64,000 nucleotides of DNA from Squalus acanthias (Eukaryota). The stretch lies in assembly GCA_030390025.1 (NCBI GenBank), contig JASTWF010000324.1:186001-250000 (forward strand), in the 5' to 3' direction. Numbering within the stretch: position 1 is the first letter of the stretch; every line of letters starts with the position of its first letter. The translations under genes and the position numbers were made by a program. The notes below the pieces were generated by a model, which was given only the letters and a program-made list of their open reading frames with translations, ran no database searches and was not told where the DNA came from. Below are positions 36,300 through 47,600 of this stretch, piece by piece.

Positions 36300-37927
36300 G
36301 GAACTGAGGGAGAGACGGAGGGAGGGGGAGACTGAGGGAAAGAGGGAGGGGGGGGAGACTGAGGGAGAGGCGGAGGGAGGGGGAGACTGAGGGAAAGAGG
36401 GAGGGAGGGGGGAGACTGAGGGAGAGGCGGAGGGAGGGGGAGACTGAGGGAGAGGCGGAGGGAGGGGGAGGCTGAGGGAGAGGTGGAGGGAGGGGGAGAC
36501 TGAGGGAGAGACGGAGGGAGGGGGAGGCTGAGGGAGAAACGGAGGGAGGGGGAGACTGAGGGAAAGAGGGAGGGAGGGGGGAGACTGAGGGAGAGGCGGA
36601 GGGAGGGGGAGACTGAGGGAAAGAGGGAGGGAGGGGGGAGACTGAGGGAGAGGCGGAGGGAGGGGGAGACTGAGGGAGAGGCGGAGGGAGGGGGAGGCTG
36701 AGGGAGAGGTGGAGGGAGGGGGAGACTGAGGGAGAGACGGAGGGAGGGGGAGGCTGAGGGAAAGACGGAGGCAAGGGGGACTGAGGGAGAGAGGGAGCGA
36801 GGGGGTGACTGAGGGAGAGACGGAGGGAGGAGGAGACTGAGGGAGAGACGGAGGGAGGGGGAGACTGAGGGAGAGAAGGAGGGAGCGGAGACTGAGGGAG
36901 AGGCGGAGGGAGGGGGAGGCTGAGGGAGAGGCTGAGGGAGGGGGAGACTGAGGGAGAGAAGGAGGGAAGGGGAGACGGAGGGAGGGGGAGACTGAGGGAG
37001 AGATGGAGGGTGGGGGAGACTGAGGCAGAGATGGAGGGAAGGGGTGACTGAGGGAGAGACGGAGGGAAGGGGTGACTGAGGGAAAGGCGAGGGAGGGGGA
37101 GACTGAGGGAGAGATGGAGGGAGGGGGAGACTGAGGGAGAGATGGAGGGAGGGGGAGACTGAGGGAGAGGCAGAGGGAAGGGGAGACTGAGGGAGAGATG
37201 GAGGGTGGGGGAGACTGAGGGAGAGATGGAGGGAGGGGGAGACTGAGGGAGGGATGGAGGGAGGGGGAGACTGAGGGAGAGGCAGAGGGAAGGGGAGACT
37301 GAGGGAGAGATGGAGGGTGGGGGAGACTGAGGGAGAGATAGAGGGAGGGGGAGACTGAGGGAGAGATGGAGGGAAGGGGAGACTGAGGGTGAGATGGAGG
37401 GAGGGGGAGACTGAGGGAGAGATGGAGGGAGCGGGAGACTGAGGGAGAGATGGAGGGAGGGGGTGACTGAGGGAGAGATGGAGGGAGTGGGAGACTGAGG
37501 GAGAGATGGAGGGAGGGGGAGACTGAGGGAGAGATGGCGGGAGGGGGAGACTGAGGGTGAGATGGAGGGAGGGGGAGACTGAGGGTGAGATGGAGACTGA
37601 GGGAGGGGGAGACTGAGGGTGAGATGGAGGGAGGGGGAGACTGAGGGTGAGATGGAGGGAGGGGGAGACTGAGGGTGAGATGGAGGGAGGGGGAGACTGA
37701 GGGTGAGATGGAGGGAGGGGGAGACTGAGGGTGAGATGGAGACTGAGGGAGGGGGAGACTGAGGGAGAGATGGAGGGAGGGGGATACTGAGGGTGAGATG
37801 GAGGGAGGGGGAGACTGAGGGAGAGATGGAGGGAGGGGGAGACTGAGGGAGAGATGGAGGGAGGGGGAGACTGAGGGAGAGATGGAGGGAGCGGGAGACT
37901 GAGGGAGGGGTAGAGGCGGAGGGAGGG
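36300..37927. repeat. 28-bp purine-rich minisatellite (GAGACTGAGGGAGAGATGGAGGGAGGGG), about 58 copies
   Basis: Period 28 (37811 to 37839); extreme G/A strand skew. Confidence 0.95.
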
Positions 37928-37976
37928 GCCACGTGATCCATATCGGTTCTTGATGTAAAAAGGGACATGATCCCAA

Positions 37977-38330
37977 GGGGGAAAAATTCAGTTGGTTGCG
38001 CTTCCCATTAGCGCCTTAATAGGGCGCTAATGGGGCGCAAAGCAACTCGCGCCCGTGCGTGGCGATGTTTGCGCCGCTCGCGAAATTAACTAGACGTTTT
38101 GCGGCGGCGCTAAACACTACCACCACGATCTCCTGCGCCGGCAGATCGTGACATCAGTCGAGTGCGCAAAGCCCCGGTAGCGCCCCGGAGCGGATATTGA
38201 GTGGCGCCCCCTGCCTTACCGCCTGCCGCTAGCAACGACAGGTTAAGGGGAGCGATTTGCAGTCAGGAAGGGACTGGGGGAGCGCTATCTAAAGGCGACC
38301 ACTTGCTGCCTTTTTTTGTTGGTGACATTT
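37977..38330. mobile_element. GC/CpG-rich non-autonomous DNA-transposon (MITE-like) fragment
   Basis: Starts gggggaaaaattcag; hairpin cccattagcgcc...ggcgctaatggg; repeated gcgcc/ggcgc motifs; matching right TIR not found. Confidence 0.45.
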
Positions 38331-38599
38331 TTGCACCACGCATTCTGAGAGAGAGAGAGAGACTTCTGGAGAGATTCAATGCTGTGTGAAGGAGTTTTGG
38401 GTACTGAGCAGCACTTTGCAGGTTCCCAGTGGGGAACTCAGTGTGTGGCCCGGGTCAATTTAACTCCCCGGGAGGTGGGGGGGTTAAAATTAATCCCAAT
38501 GTTTCCGAGAATACAGTGGGCAGATTAATGGTGAATGAGGAAAGCCTCCTGGTAAACGGGACTGGAATCTCAGGTAGGCCCAGCTGGTAACAAACCTCT

Positions 38600-41500
38600 T
38601 CTCTGTCAGAGGTCGTGGGGTCAAGTCCCACTCCAGAGACCTCAGCACAAAATCCAGACTGACACTCCCAGTGCAGTACTGAGAGAGCGCTGCACTGTCG
38701 GAGGGTCAGTACTGAGGGAGAGCCGCACTGTCGAAGGGTCAGTACTGAGGGAGCGCTGCACTGTCGGAGGGTCAGTACTGAGGGAGAGCCGCACTGTCGA
38801 AGGGTCAGTACTGAGGGAGAGCCGCACTGTCGAAGGGGCAGTACTGAGGGAGCGTTGCACTGTCAGAGGGGCAATACTGAGGGAGCGTTGCACTGTCGAA
38901 GGGTCAGTACTGAGGGAGAGCCGCACTGTCGAAGGTCCAGTACTGAGGGAGCGTTGCACTGTCGAAGGGGCAGTACTGAGGGAGCGTTGCACTGTCGGAG
39001 GGTCATTACTGAGGGAGCGTTGCACCGTCGGAGGGGCAGTACTGAGGGAGCGCTGCACTGTCGGAGGGGCAGTACTGAGGGAGTGCCGCACTGTCAGAGG
39101 GGCAGTACTGAGGGAGCGCTGCACTGTCGGAGGGGCAGTACTGAGGAAGCGCTGCACTGTCGGAGGTGCAGTACTGAGGGAACGCTGCACTGTCGAAGGG
39201 GCAGTACTGAGGGAGCGTTGCACTGTCGGAGGGTCATTACTGAGGGAGTGCCGCACTGTCGGAGGGGCAGTACTGAGGGAGCGCTGCACTGTCGGAGGCG
39301 CAGTACTGAGGGAGCGCTGCACTGTCGGAGGGGCAGTACTGAGGGAGTGCTGCACTGTCGGAGGGGCAGTACTGAGGAGCGCTGCACTGTCGGAGGGGCA
39401 GTACTGAGGGAGCGCTGCACTGTCAGAGGGGCAGTACTGAGGGAGTGCTGCACTGTCGGAGGGGCAGTACTGAGGGAGCGCTGCACTGTCGGAGGGGCAG
39501 TACTGAGGGAGCGCTGCACTGTCGGAGGGGTAGTACTGAGGGAGTGCTGCACTGTCGGAGGGTTAGTACTGAGGGAGTGCCGCACTGTTAGAGGGTCAGT
39601 ACTGAGGGAGTGCTGCACTGTCGGAGGGGCAGTACTGATGGAGCGCTGCACTGTCGGAGGGGCAGTACTGAGGGAGCGCCGCACTGTCGGAGGGGCAGTA
39701 CTGAGGGAGCGTTGCACTGTCGGAGGGGCAGTACTGAGGAAGCGCTGCACTGTCGGGGCAGTACTGAGGGAGCGCCATACTGTCGGAGGGGCAGTACTGA
39801 GGGAGCGTTGCACTGTCGGAGGGTCATTACTGAGGGAGCGTTGCACCGTCGGAGGGGCAGTACTGAGGGAGCGCTGCACTGTCGGAGGCGCAGTACTGAG
39901 GGAGCGCTGCACTGTCGGAGGGGCAGTACTGAGGGAGTGCCGCACTGTCGGAGGGGCAGTACTGAGGGAGCGCTGCACTGTCGGAGGGGCAGTACTGAGG
40001 CAGCGCTGCACTGTCGGAGGGTCAGTACTGAGGGAGAGCCGCACTGTCGAAGGGTCAGTACTGAGGGAGCGCTGCACTGTCGGAGGGTCAGTACTGAGGG
40101 AGAGCCGCACTGCCGAAGGGGCAGTACTGAGGGAGCGTTGCACTGTCGAAGGGTCAGTACTGAGGGAGAGCCGCACTGTCGAAGGGGCAGTACTGAGGGA
40201 GCGTTGCACTGTCGAAGGGGCAGTACTGAGGGAGCGTTGCACTGTCGGAGGGTCATTACTGAGGGAGCGTTGCACCGTCGGAGGGGCAGTACTGAGGGAG
40301 CGCTGCACTGTCGGAGGGGCAGTACTGAGGGAGTGCCGCAATGTCAGAGGGGCAGTACTGAGGGAGCGCTGCACTGTCGGAGGGGCAGTACTGAGGAAGC
40401 GCTGCACTGTCGGAGGTGCAGTACTGAGGGAACGCTGCACTGTCGAAGGGGCAGTACTGAGGGAGCGTTGCACTGTCGGAGGGTCATTACTGAGGGAGTG
40501 CCGCACTGTCGGAGGGGCAGTACTGAGGGAGCGCTGCACTGTCGGAGGCGCAGTACTGAGGGAGCGCTGCACTGTCGGAGGGGCAGTACTGAGGGAGTGC
40601 TGCACTGTCGGAGGGGCAGTACTGAGGAAGCGCTGCACTGTCGGAGGGGCAGTACTGAGGGAGCGCTGCACTGTTAGAGGGGCAGTACTGAGGGAGTGCT
40701 GCACTGTCGGAGGGGCAGTACTGAGGGAGCGCTGCACTGTCGGAGGGGCAGTACTGAGGGAGCGCTGCACTGTCGGAGGGGTAGTACTGAGGGAGTGCTG
40801 CACTGTCGGAGGGTTAGTACTGAGGGAGCGCCGCACTGTTAGAGGGTCAGTACTGAGGGAGTGCTGCACTGTCGGAGGGGCAGTACTGATGGAGCGCTGC
40901 ACTGTCGGAGGGGCAGTACTGAGGGAGCGCCGCACTGTCGGAGGGGCAGTACTGAGGGAGCGCTGCACTGTCGGAGGGGCAGTACTGAGGAAGCGCTGCA
41001 CTGTCGGGGCAGTACTGAGGGAGCGCCATACTGTCGGAGGGGCAGTACTGAGGGAGCGTTGCACTGTCGGAGGGTCATTACTGAGGGAGCGTTGCACCGT
41101 CGGAGGGGCAGTACTGAGGGAGCGCTGCACTGTCGGAGGCGCAGTACTGAGGGAGCGCTGCACTGTCGGAGGGGCAGTACTGAGGGAGTGCCGCACTGTC
41201 GGAGGGGCAGTACTGAGGGAGCGCTGCACTGTCGGAGGGGCAGTACTGAGGAAGCGCTGCACTGTCGGAGGTGCAGTACTGAGGGAGCGCTGCACTGTCG
41301 AAGGGGCAGTACTGAGGGAGCGTTGCACTGTCGGAGGGTCATTACTGAGGGAGCGTTGCACCGTCGGAGGGGCAGTACTGAGGGAGCGCTGCACTGTCGG
41401 AGGCGCAGTACTGAGGGAGCGCTGCACTGTCGGAGGGGCAGTACTGAGGGAGTGCTGCACTGTCGGAGGGGCAGTACTGAGGGAGTGCCGCACTGTCGGA

Positions 41501-42070
41501 GGGGCAGTACTGAGGGAGCGCTGCACTGTCGGAGGGGCAGTACTGAGGGAGCGCTGCACTGTCGGAGGGGCAGTACTGAGGGAGCGCTGCACTGTCGGAG
41601 GGGCAGTACTGAGGGAGCGCTGCACTGTCGGAGGGGCAGTACTGAGGGAGCGCTGCAGTGTCGGAGGGGCAGTACCGAGGGAGTGCCGCACTGTCGGAGG
41701 GGCAGTACTGAGGGAGCGCTGCACTGTCGGAGGGGCAGTACTGAGGGAGCGCTGCACTGTCGGAGGGGCAGTACCGAGGGAGCGCCGCACTGTCGGAGGG
41801 GCAGTACTGAGGGAGCGCTGCACTGTCGGAGGGGTAGTACTGAGGGAGTGCTGCACTGTCGGAGGGGCAGTACTGAGGAAGCGCTGCACTGTCGGAGGGG
41901 CAGTACTGAGGAAGCGCTGCACTGTCGGAGGTGATGTCTTTTGGATGAGATGTTAAACCGAGGCCCCTTCTGAATGTTCAGGTGGATGTTAAACGTCCCA
42001 TGGCACTATTTCGAAGAAGAGCTGGGAAGTTCTCCTGGTGTCCTGGGCAATATTCCTCCCTCAACCAATA
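38600..42070 (+). mobile_element. Deu-domain SINE whose interior has expanded into a minisatellite
   Basis: 38600-38672 matches the SINE at ~17760-17830; 41931-42070 matches ~17862-18005. Confidence 0.9.
38674..41931. repeat. 33-bp minisatellite (CAGTACTGAGGGAGCGCTGCACTGTCGGAGGGG), about 99 copies, with a 1251-bp higher-order duplication
   Basis: 11-codon periodicity in ORFs; a 3-bp-deleted monomer followed by gcgccatac occurs at 39751 and 41002. Confidence 0.96.
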
Positions 42071-42077
42071 ACAGCTT

Positions 42078-42393
42078 AACAACAACTTGTATTTATATAG
42101 CATCTTTGACATCATGAAACATCCCAAGGTGCGTCACAGGAGCGATTATCAGACAAAATTTGACACTGAGCCACATCAGGAGATATTAGGACAGGCTCGG
42201 TCAAAGAGGTAGGTTTTAAGGAGCGTCTTAAAGGAGGAGAGAGAGGCGGAGAGGTTCAGGGAGGGAATTCCAGAGCTTAGGGCCCAGGTAGCTGAAGGCA
42301 CGGCCGCCAATGGTGGAGTGAAGGGAGTGGGGGATACGCAAGAGGCCAGAATTGGAGGAGCGCAGAGATCGCGGAGGGTTGTGGGGCTGGAGG
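42078..42393 (-). mobile_element. L2 LINE 3' end
   Basis: Reverse complement of the family at 29892-30245 (aacaacaacttgtatttatatagc...gacactgagccacat...gagatattaggacagg). Confidence 0.85.
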
Positions 42394-42995
42394 CTCGTTA
42401 TTCATCCCATTTGTTGGTTTCTGGGGTTTTGCTGTGTGCCAGCTTGGTCCTGGAGGCTTGAGGTTCCAGTCTCACCGTGTAGCCATGACCGCCTTCAACT
42501 CACGGTGGGCAATGGTTACAGGTCGCCACGAGGGAGAGATTCCGAGGTCAGAGATGAGCTGATGCCCTCCAAGGCTGATGTGTTTGGAACAGCCAGTTGT
42601 CCCCTTCCAGCCCGGGCTTCCTGCTTCTCTGTGATGGACCTTTCAAGGCACCGGAACGATACCTTCACCCAAAATAACCCCAGTGTGCGATTCCTGCCGC
42701 GGTGATGCCTTGTATCTTTCTGTTCGTTAACCTCACTAACGCCAGCCTGACCTCACTGTCGGTTTGACGTGTTCCTCCAGACTCTGATGCTCCACTTCCT
42801 GTGACTGAACTCCACAACTCAGTCTGGCTGTATCTCGCTGATCTTGAACCTTCGTCAATCACTTCTTGACGGGCAGCGATCCCCGGAAGCTGTAATCACA
42901 GACCATTAGTCTGTTTGCGATTCTACCAACATGTCAACATTTCTTCACCACTTTTTGAGCCAAATGTAACCAGAATAAAAACATTAATACAATAG

Positions 42996-43150
42996 CAAAA
43001 TACTGCGGATGCTGGAAATCTGAAACTACAGCATGAAATGCTGGAAACACTCAGCAGGTCAGGCCTGACAAAGGGTCATTGACCTGAAACGTTGACTCTG
43101 TTTCTCTGCCTGACCTGCTGAGTGTTTCCAGCATTTTCTGTTGTTGTTTA
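42996..43150. mobile_element. Palindromic short element (MER6/Penelope-related) with a degenerate hammerhead core
   Basis: Perfect 29-bp inverted repeat, 43036-43064 and 43108-43136; loop ctgacaa-agggtcattgacct-gaaacgtt. Confidence 0.7.
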
Positions 43151-43251
43151 AGAATAAAAACATCACTACTTTTAACAAGAGCTTTGAACTAAAAGAGCAG
43201 ACTGTCGCCCCATGCCACAAATGGGGACTCCTAATATTCTTTTATATCGAA

Positions 43252-43870
43252 TCATAGAATGATACAGCACAGAAGGAGGCCATTCGGCCCATCCTGCCTG
43301 TGCCGGCTCTTTGAACGAGCTCTCCAATTAGTCCCACTCCCCCCTGCTCTTTCCCCAGAGCCCAGCAAATTTTTCCTCTTCAAGTATTTATCCAATTCAC
43401 TTTTGAAAGTTATTATTGAATCTGCTTCCACCGCCCTTTGAGGCAGCGCGTTCCAGATCACAACAACTCGCTGTGTAAAACATTCTCCTCATCTCCCCCT
43501 CTGGCTCTTTTCCAATGACCTTCAATCTGTGTCCTCTCCGCCCTGATTTTAACTCCAGGTGGATTCCCTGCTCAGGCCTGAGTTCAAATTGTGGTCGGGG
43601 TCTCAATGATGTCATCGGGCCACAACATGCCGATGTAAAGAAGGACCCTGTTGGCTCCGGGCGCCTGTCCTTGCTGCCTGCTCAGGAGAGCAGGTTAAAA
43701 TTGCAGATGTTGCAATCATGGCGGCTTTCGGACGGGTAAGAGCCGGGGCGATTTTAACCCCCCGCCCGCCAGGTTTGTGCCGAGCGAGTAGGGTTGAAAC
43801 CGCCCCCTCTCTACTCTATCAAAACCCTTCATGATTTTGAGCACCTCGAATAAATCTCGCCTTAACCTCA
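43252..43870 (-). mobile_element. CR1 3' fragment interrupted (~43540-43806) by MITE-like inverted-repeat DNA
   Basis: 3' UTR like 1785-1900; WNALPQRAVEA motif; insert ends in hairpin ggggcgattttaaccc...gggttgaaaccgcccc (43745-43806). Confidence 0.7.
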
Positions 43871-44639
43871 TCAGTAATCATCTATTTCCACATACAGTAT
43901 AAAGTTGGGCTTTTTGAATATTCCTTTTAAAAATACACTAAAGAATCTTCTGTTGTCTGCAAGTTAGAAAGAGTGTGTGTAGTTTTGGAGGGGACGGGCG
44001 ATATTCAGCAGCAGGGCAGAGGGTGACTGTAGATCTTGCTAAATACAGTCTGATTCTTTTTGAAGATCCGGTTACTCTGGTCAGTGAGAAATATCAGTTT
44101 TATCAAAAGTTTTCCCAGCATGATTCGACAGGACAAGCACAGAGGTTTGCGATTGCACCCTCCAGCTCTGCGTTAATTGACCATTTACGATCAAATGTAA
44201 AATGCATCTGTTAATGTCGGACTTGGCTTCCCATCGCTGCCAAGAAGAGAAATATCACAGAGCCTGCCTGTGAAGTTTACGAGCCCAGGTGTGATAGCAC
44301 TGGATTAAATAGCGCCTGCTCCTTTGCTCAAAGTCTGATTTCCCTCCTGAGCTCGTAACTCTCGGCATCTGGGATCCGTGGCTAGAACAAGATATTTTTA
44401 TCTTATGTTACACTGCAATATCGTTTTACAAAGTGAGGAGAGTTTTAGAGCTGTAGATTTACTGGGCAAGTCGGAATTGGTCATGTTCCCTGCCGGGGTG
44501 TCTGGGCTGGAAGCAGCACCAAGGGCGACAACGCTTCACCTCAACTCCACTGGAAGCGATTGTTCAATCCAAGTCTCCAGGTCTCCCCCGAGCTCTTCCG
44601 ATGCGAGCTTTTGGGCTATTCACTTGATCCCAGCATTGC

Positions 44640-47600
44640 CTGTACTGGGGAACAGTCATACATCACTCACTGTACTTGGGTACAGTCACACATCACTCTC
44701 GGTACTGGGGTACAGTCACACATCACTCTCTGAACTGGGGTACAGTCACACATCACCCTCTGTACTGGGGTACAGTCACACATCACTCTCTGAACTGGGG
44801 TACAGTCACACATCACCCTCTGTACTGGGGTACAGTCACACATCACACTCTGTACTGAAGTACAGTCACACATCACTCTCTGTACTGGGGTACAGTCACA
44901 CATCACCCTCTGCACTGGGGTACAGTTACACATCACCCTCTCTACTGGCATACAGTCACACATCAATCTCTGTACTGGGGTACAGTCACACATCACCCTC
45001 TGTACTGGGGTACAGTCACACATCACTCTCTGTACTGGGTTACAGTCACACATCAATCTCTGTACTGGCGTACAGTCACACATCACGCTCTGTACTGGCG
45101 TACAGTCACACATCACCCTCTGTACTGGGGTACAGTCACACATCACTCTCTGTACTGGGGTACAGTCACACATCACTCTCTGTACTGGGGTACAGTCACA
45201 CATCACTCTCTGTACTGGGGTACATTCACACATCACTCTCTGTACTGGGGTACAGTCACACATCACTCTCTGTACTGGGTTACAGTCACACATCACCATT
45301 TCTACTGGGGTACAGTCACCCATCACCATCTGTACTGGGGTACAGTCACACATCACCCTTTGTACTGGGGTACAGTCACCCATCACCCTCTCTACTGGCA
45401 TACAGTCACACATCACCCTCTGTACTGGGGTACAGTCACACATCACTCTGTGTACTGAGTTACAGTCACACATCAATCTCTGTACTGGCGTACAGTCACA
45501 CATCACTCTCTACTGGGGTACAGTTACACATCACTCTCTGTACTGGGTTACAGTCACACATCAATCTCTGTACTGGCGTACAGTCACACATCACTCTCTG
45601 TACTGGGGTATATTCACACATCACCCTCTGTACTGGGGTACAGTCACACATCATCCTCTGGACTGGGGTACAGTCACACATCACTCTCTGTACTGGGGTA
45701 CAGTCACACATCATCCTCTGTACTGGGGTACATGCACACATCACTCTCTGTACTAGGTACATTCACACATCACCCTCTGTACTGGGGTACAGTCACACAT
45801 CACCCTCTGTACTGGGGTACAGTCACACATCACTCTCTGTACTGGGGTACAGTCACACATCACCCTCTGTACTGGGGTACAGTCAGACATCAACCTCTGT
45901 ACTGGGGTACATTCACACATCAACCTCTGTACTGGGGTACAGTCACACATCACCCTCTGTACTGGGGTACAGTCACACATCACTCTCTGTACTGGGGTAC
46001 AGTCACACATCATCCTCTGTACTGGGGTACATGCACACATCACTCTCTGTACTGGGGTACATTCACACATCACCCTCTGTACTGGGGTACAGTCACACAT
46101 CACTCTCTGTACTGGGTACAGTCACACATCACTCTCTGTACTGGGGTACAGTCACACATCACTCTCTGTACTGGGGTACAGTCACACATCACCCTCTGTA
46201 CTGGGGTACAGTCACATCACTCTCTGTACTGGGGTCACCCCTGTACTGGGGTACAGTCACACATCACTCTCTGTACTGGGGTACAGTCACACATCACCTC
46301 TGTACTGGGGTACAGTCATCTGTACTGGGTACAGTCACCCATCACCCTCTGTTTTGGGGTAGAGTCACACATCACCCTCTGTACTGGGTACAGTCACACA
46401 TCACTCTCTCTACTGGGGTACATTCACACATCACCCTCTTTACTGGGGTACAGTCACACATCAACCTCTGTACTGGGGTACAGTCACACATCACCCTCTG
46501 TACTGGGGTACATTCACACATCACTCTCTCTACTGGGGTACATTCACACATCACCCTCTTTACTGGGGTACAGTCACACATCACCCTCTGTACTGGGGTA
46601 CAGTCACACATCAACCTCTCTACTGGGGTACAGTCACACATCACTCTCTCTACTGGGGTACGGTCACACATCACCCTCTATACTGGGGTACAGTCACACA
46701 TCACTCTCTGTACTGGGATACAGTCACACATCACTCTTGTACTGGGGTACAGTCACACATCACTCTCTGTACTGGGATACAGTCACACATCACTCTCTGT
46801 ACTGGGGTACAGTCACACATCACTCTCTGTACTGGGGTACAGTCACACATCACTCTCTGTACTGGGATACAGTCACACATCACTCTCTGTACTGGGGTAC
46901 AGTCACACATCACACTCTGTACTGGGGTAAATTCACACATCACTCTCTGTACTGGGGTACAGTCACACATCACCCTCTGTACTGGGGTACAGTCACACAT
47001 CACCCTCTGTACTGGGGTACAGTCACACATCACCCTCTGTACTGGGGTACAGTCACACATCACCCTCTGTACTGTGGTACAGTCACCCATCACCCTCTGT
47101 TTTGGGGTATAGTCACACATCACCCTCTGTACTGGGTACAGTCACACATCACCCTCTCTACTGGGGTACATTCACACATCACCCTCTTTACTGGGGTACA
47201 GTCACACATCACCCTCTGTACTGGGGTACAGTCACACATCACCATCTGTACTGGGGTACAGTCACACATCAACCTCTCTACTGGGGTACAGTCACACATC
47301 ACTCTCTCTACTGGGGTACATTCACACATCACCCTCTGAACTGGGTTAGAGTCACACATCTCCCCCTCTACTGGGGTACAGTCATACATCACCCTCTTTA
47401 CTGGGGTACAGTCATACATCACCCTCTGTACTGGGGTATAGTCACACATCACTCACTGAACTTGGGTACAGTCACACATCACTCTCTGTACTGGGGTACA
47501 GTCACACATCACTCTTTGTACTGTGGTACAGTCACACATCACTCTCTCTACTTCGGTACTGTCACACATCACCCTTGTATTGGGATACAGTCGCACATCA

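Noticed and set aside
36138..37976. Pro/Ser-rich extensin-like ORFs
   Set aside because: The C/T-rich strand of the 28-mer lacks stops; unit length is not a multiple of 3.
38642..41956. 1033-aa and 942-aa repetitive ORFs
   Set aside because: Translations of the SINE-derived 33-mer, open on both strands.
43975..44214. 79-aa ORF in unique sequence
   Set aside because: Non-ATG start, no recognisable motif and no convincing splice context.
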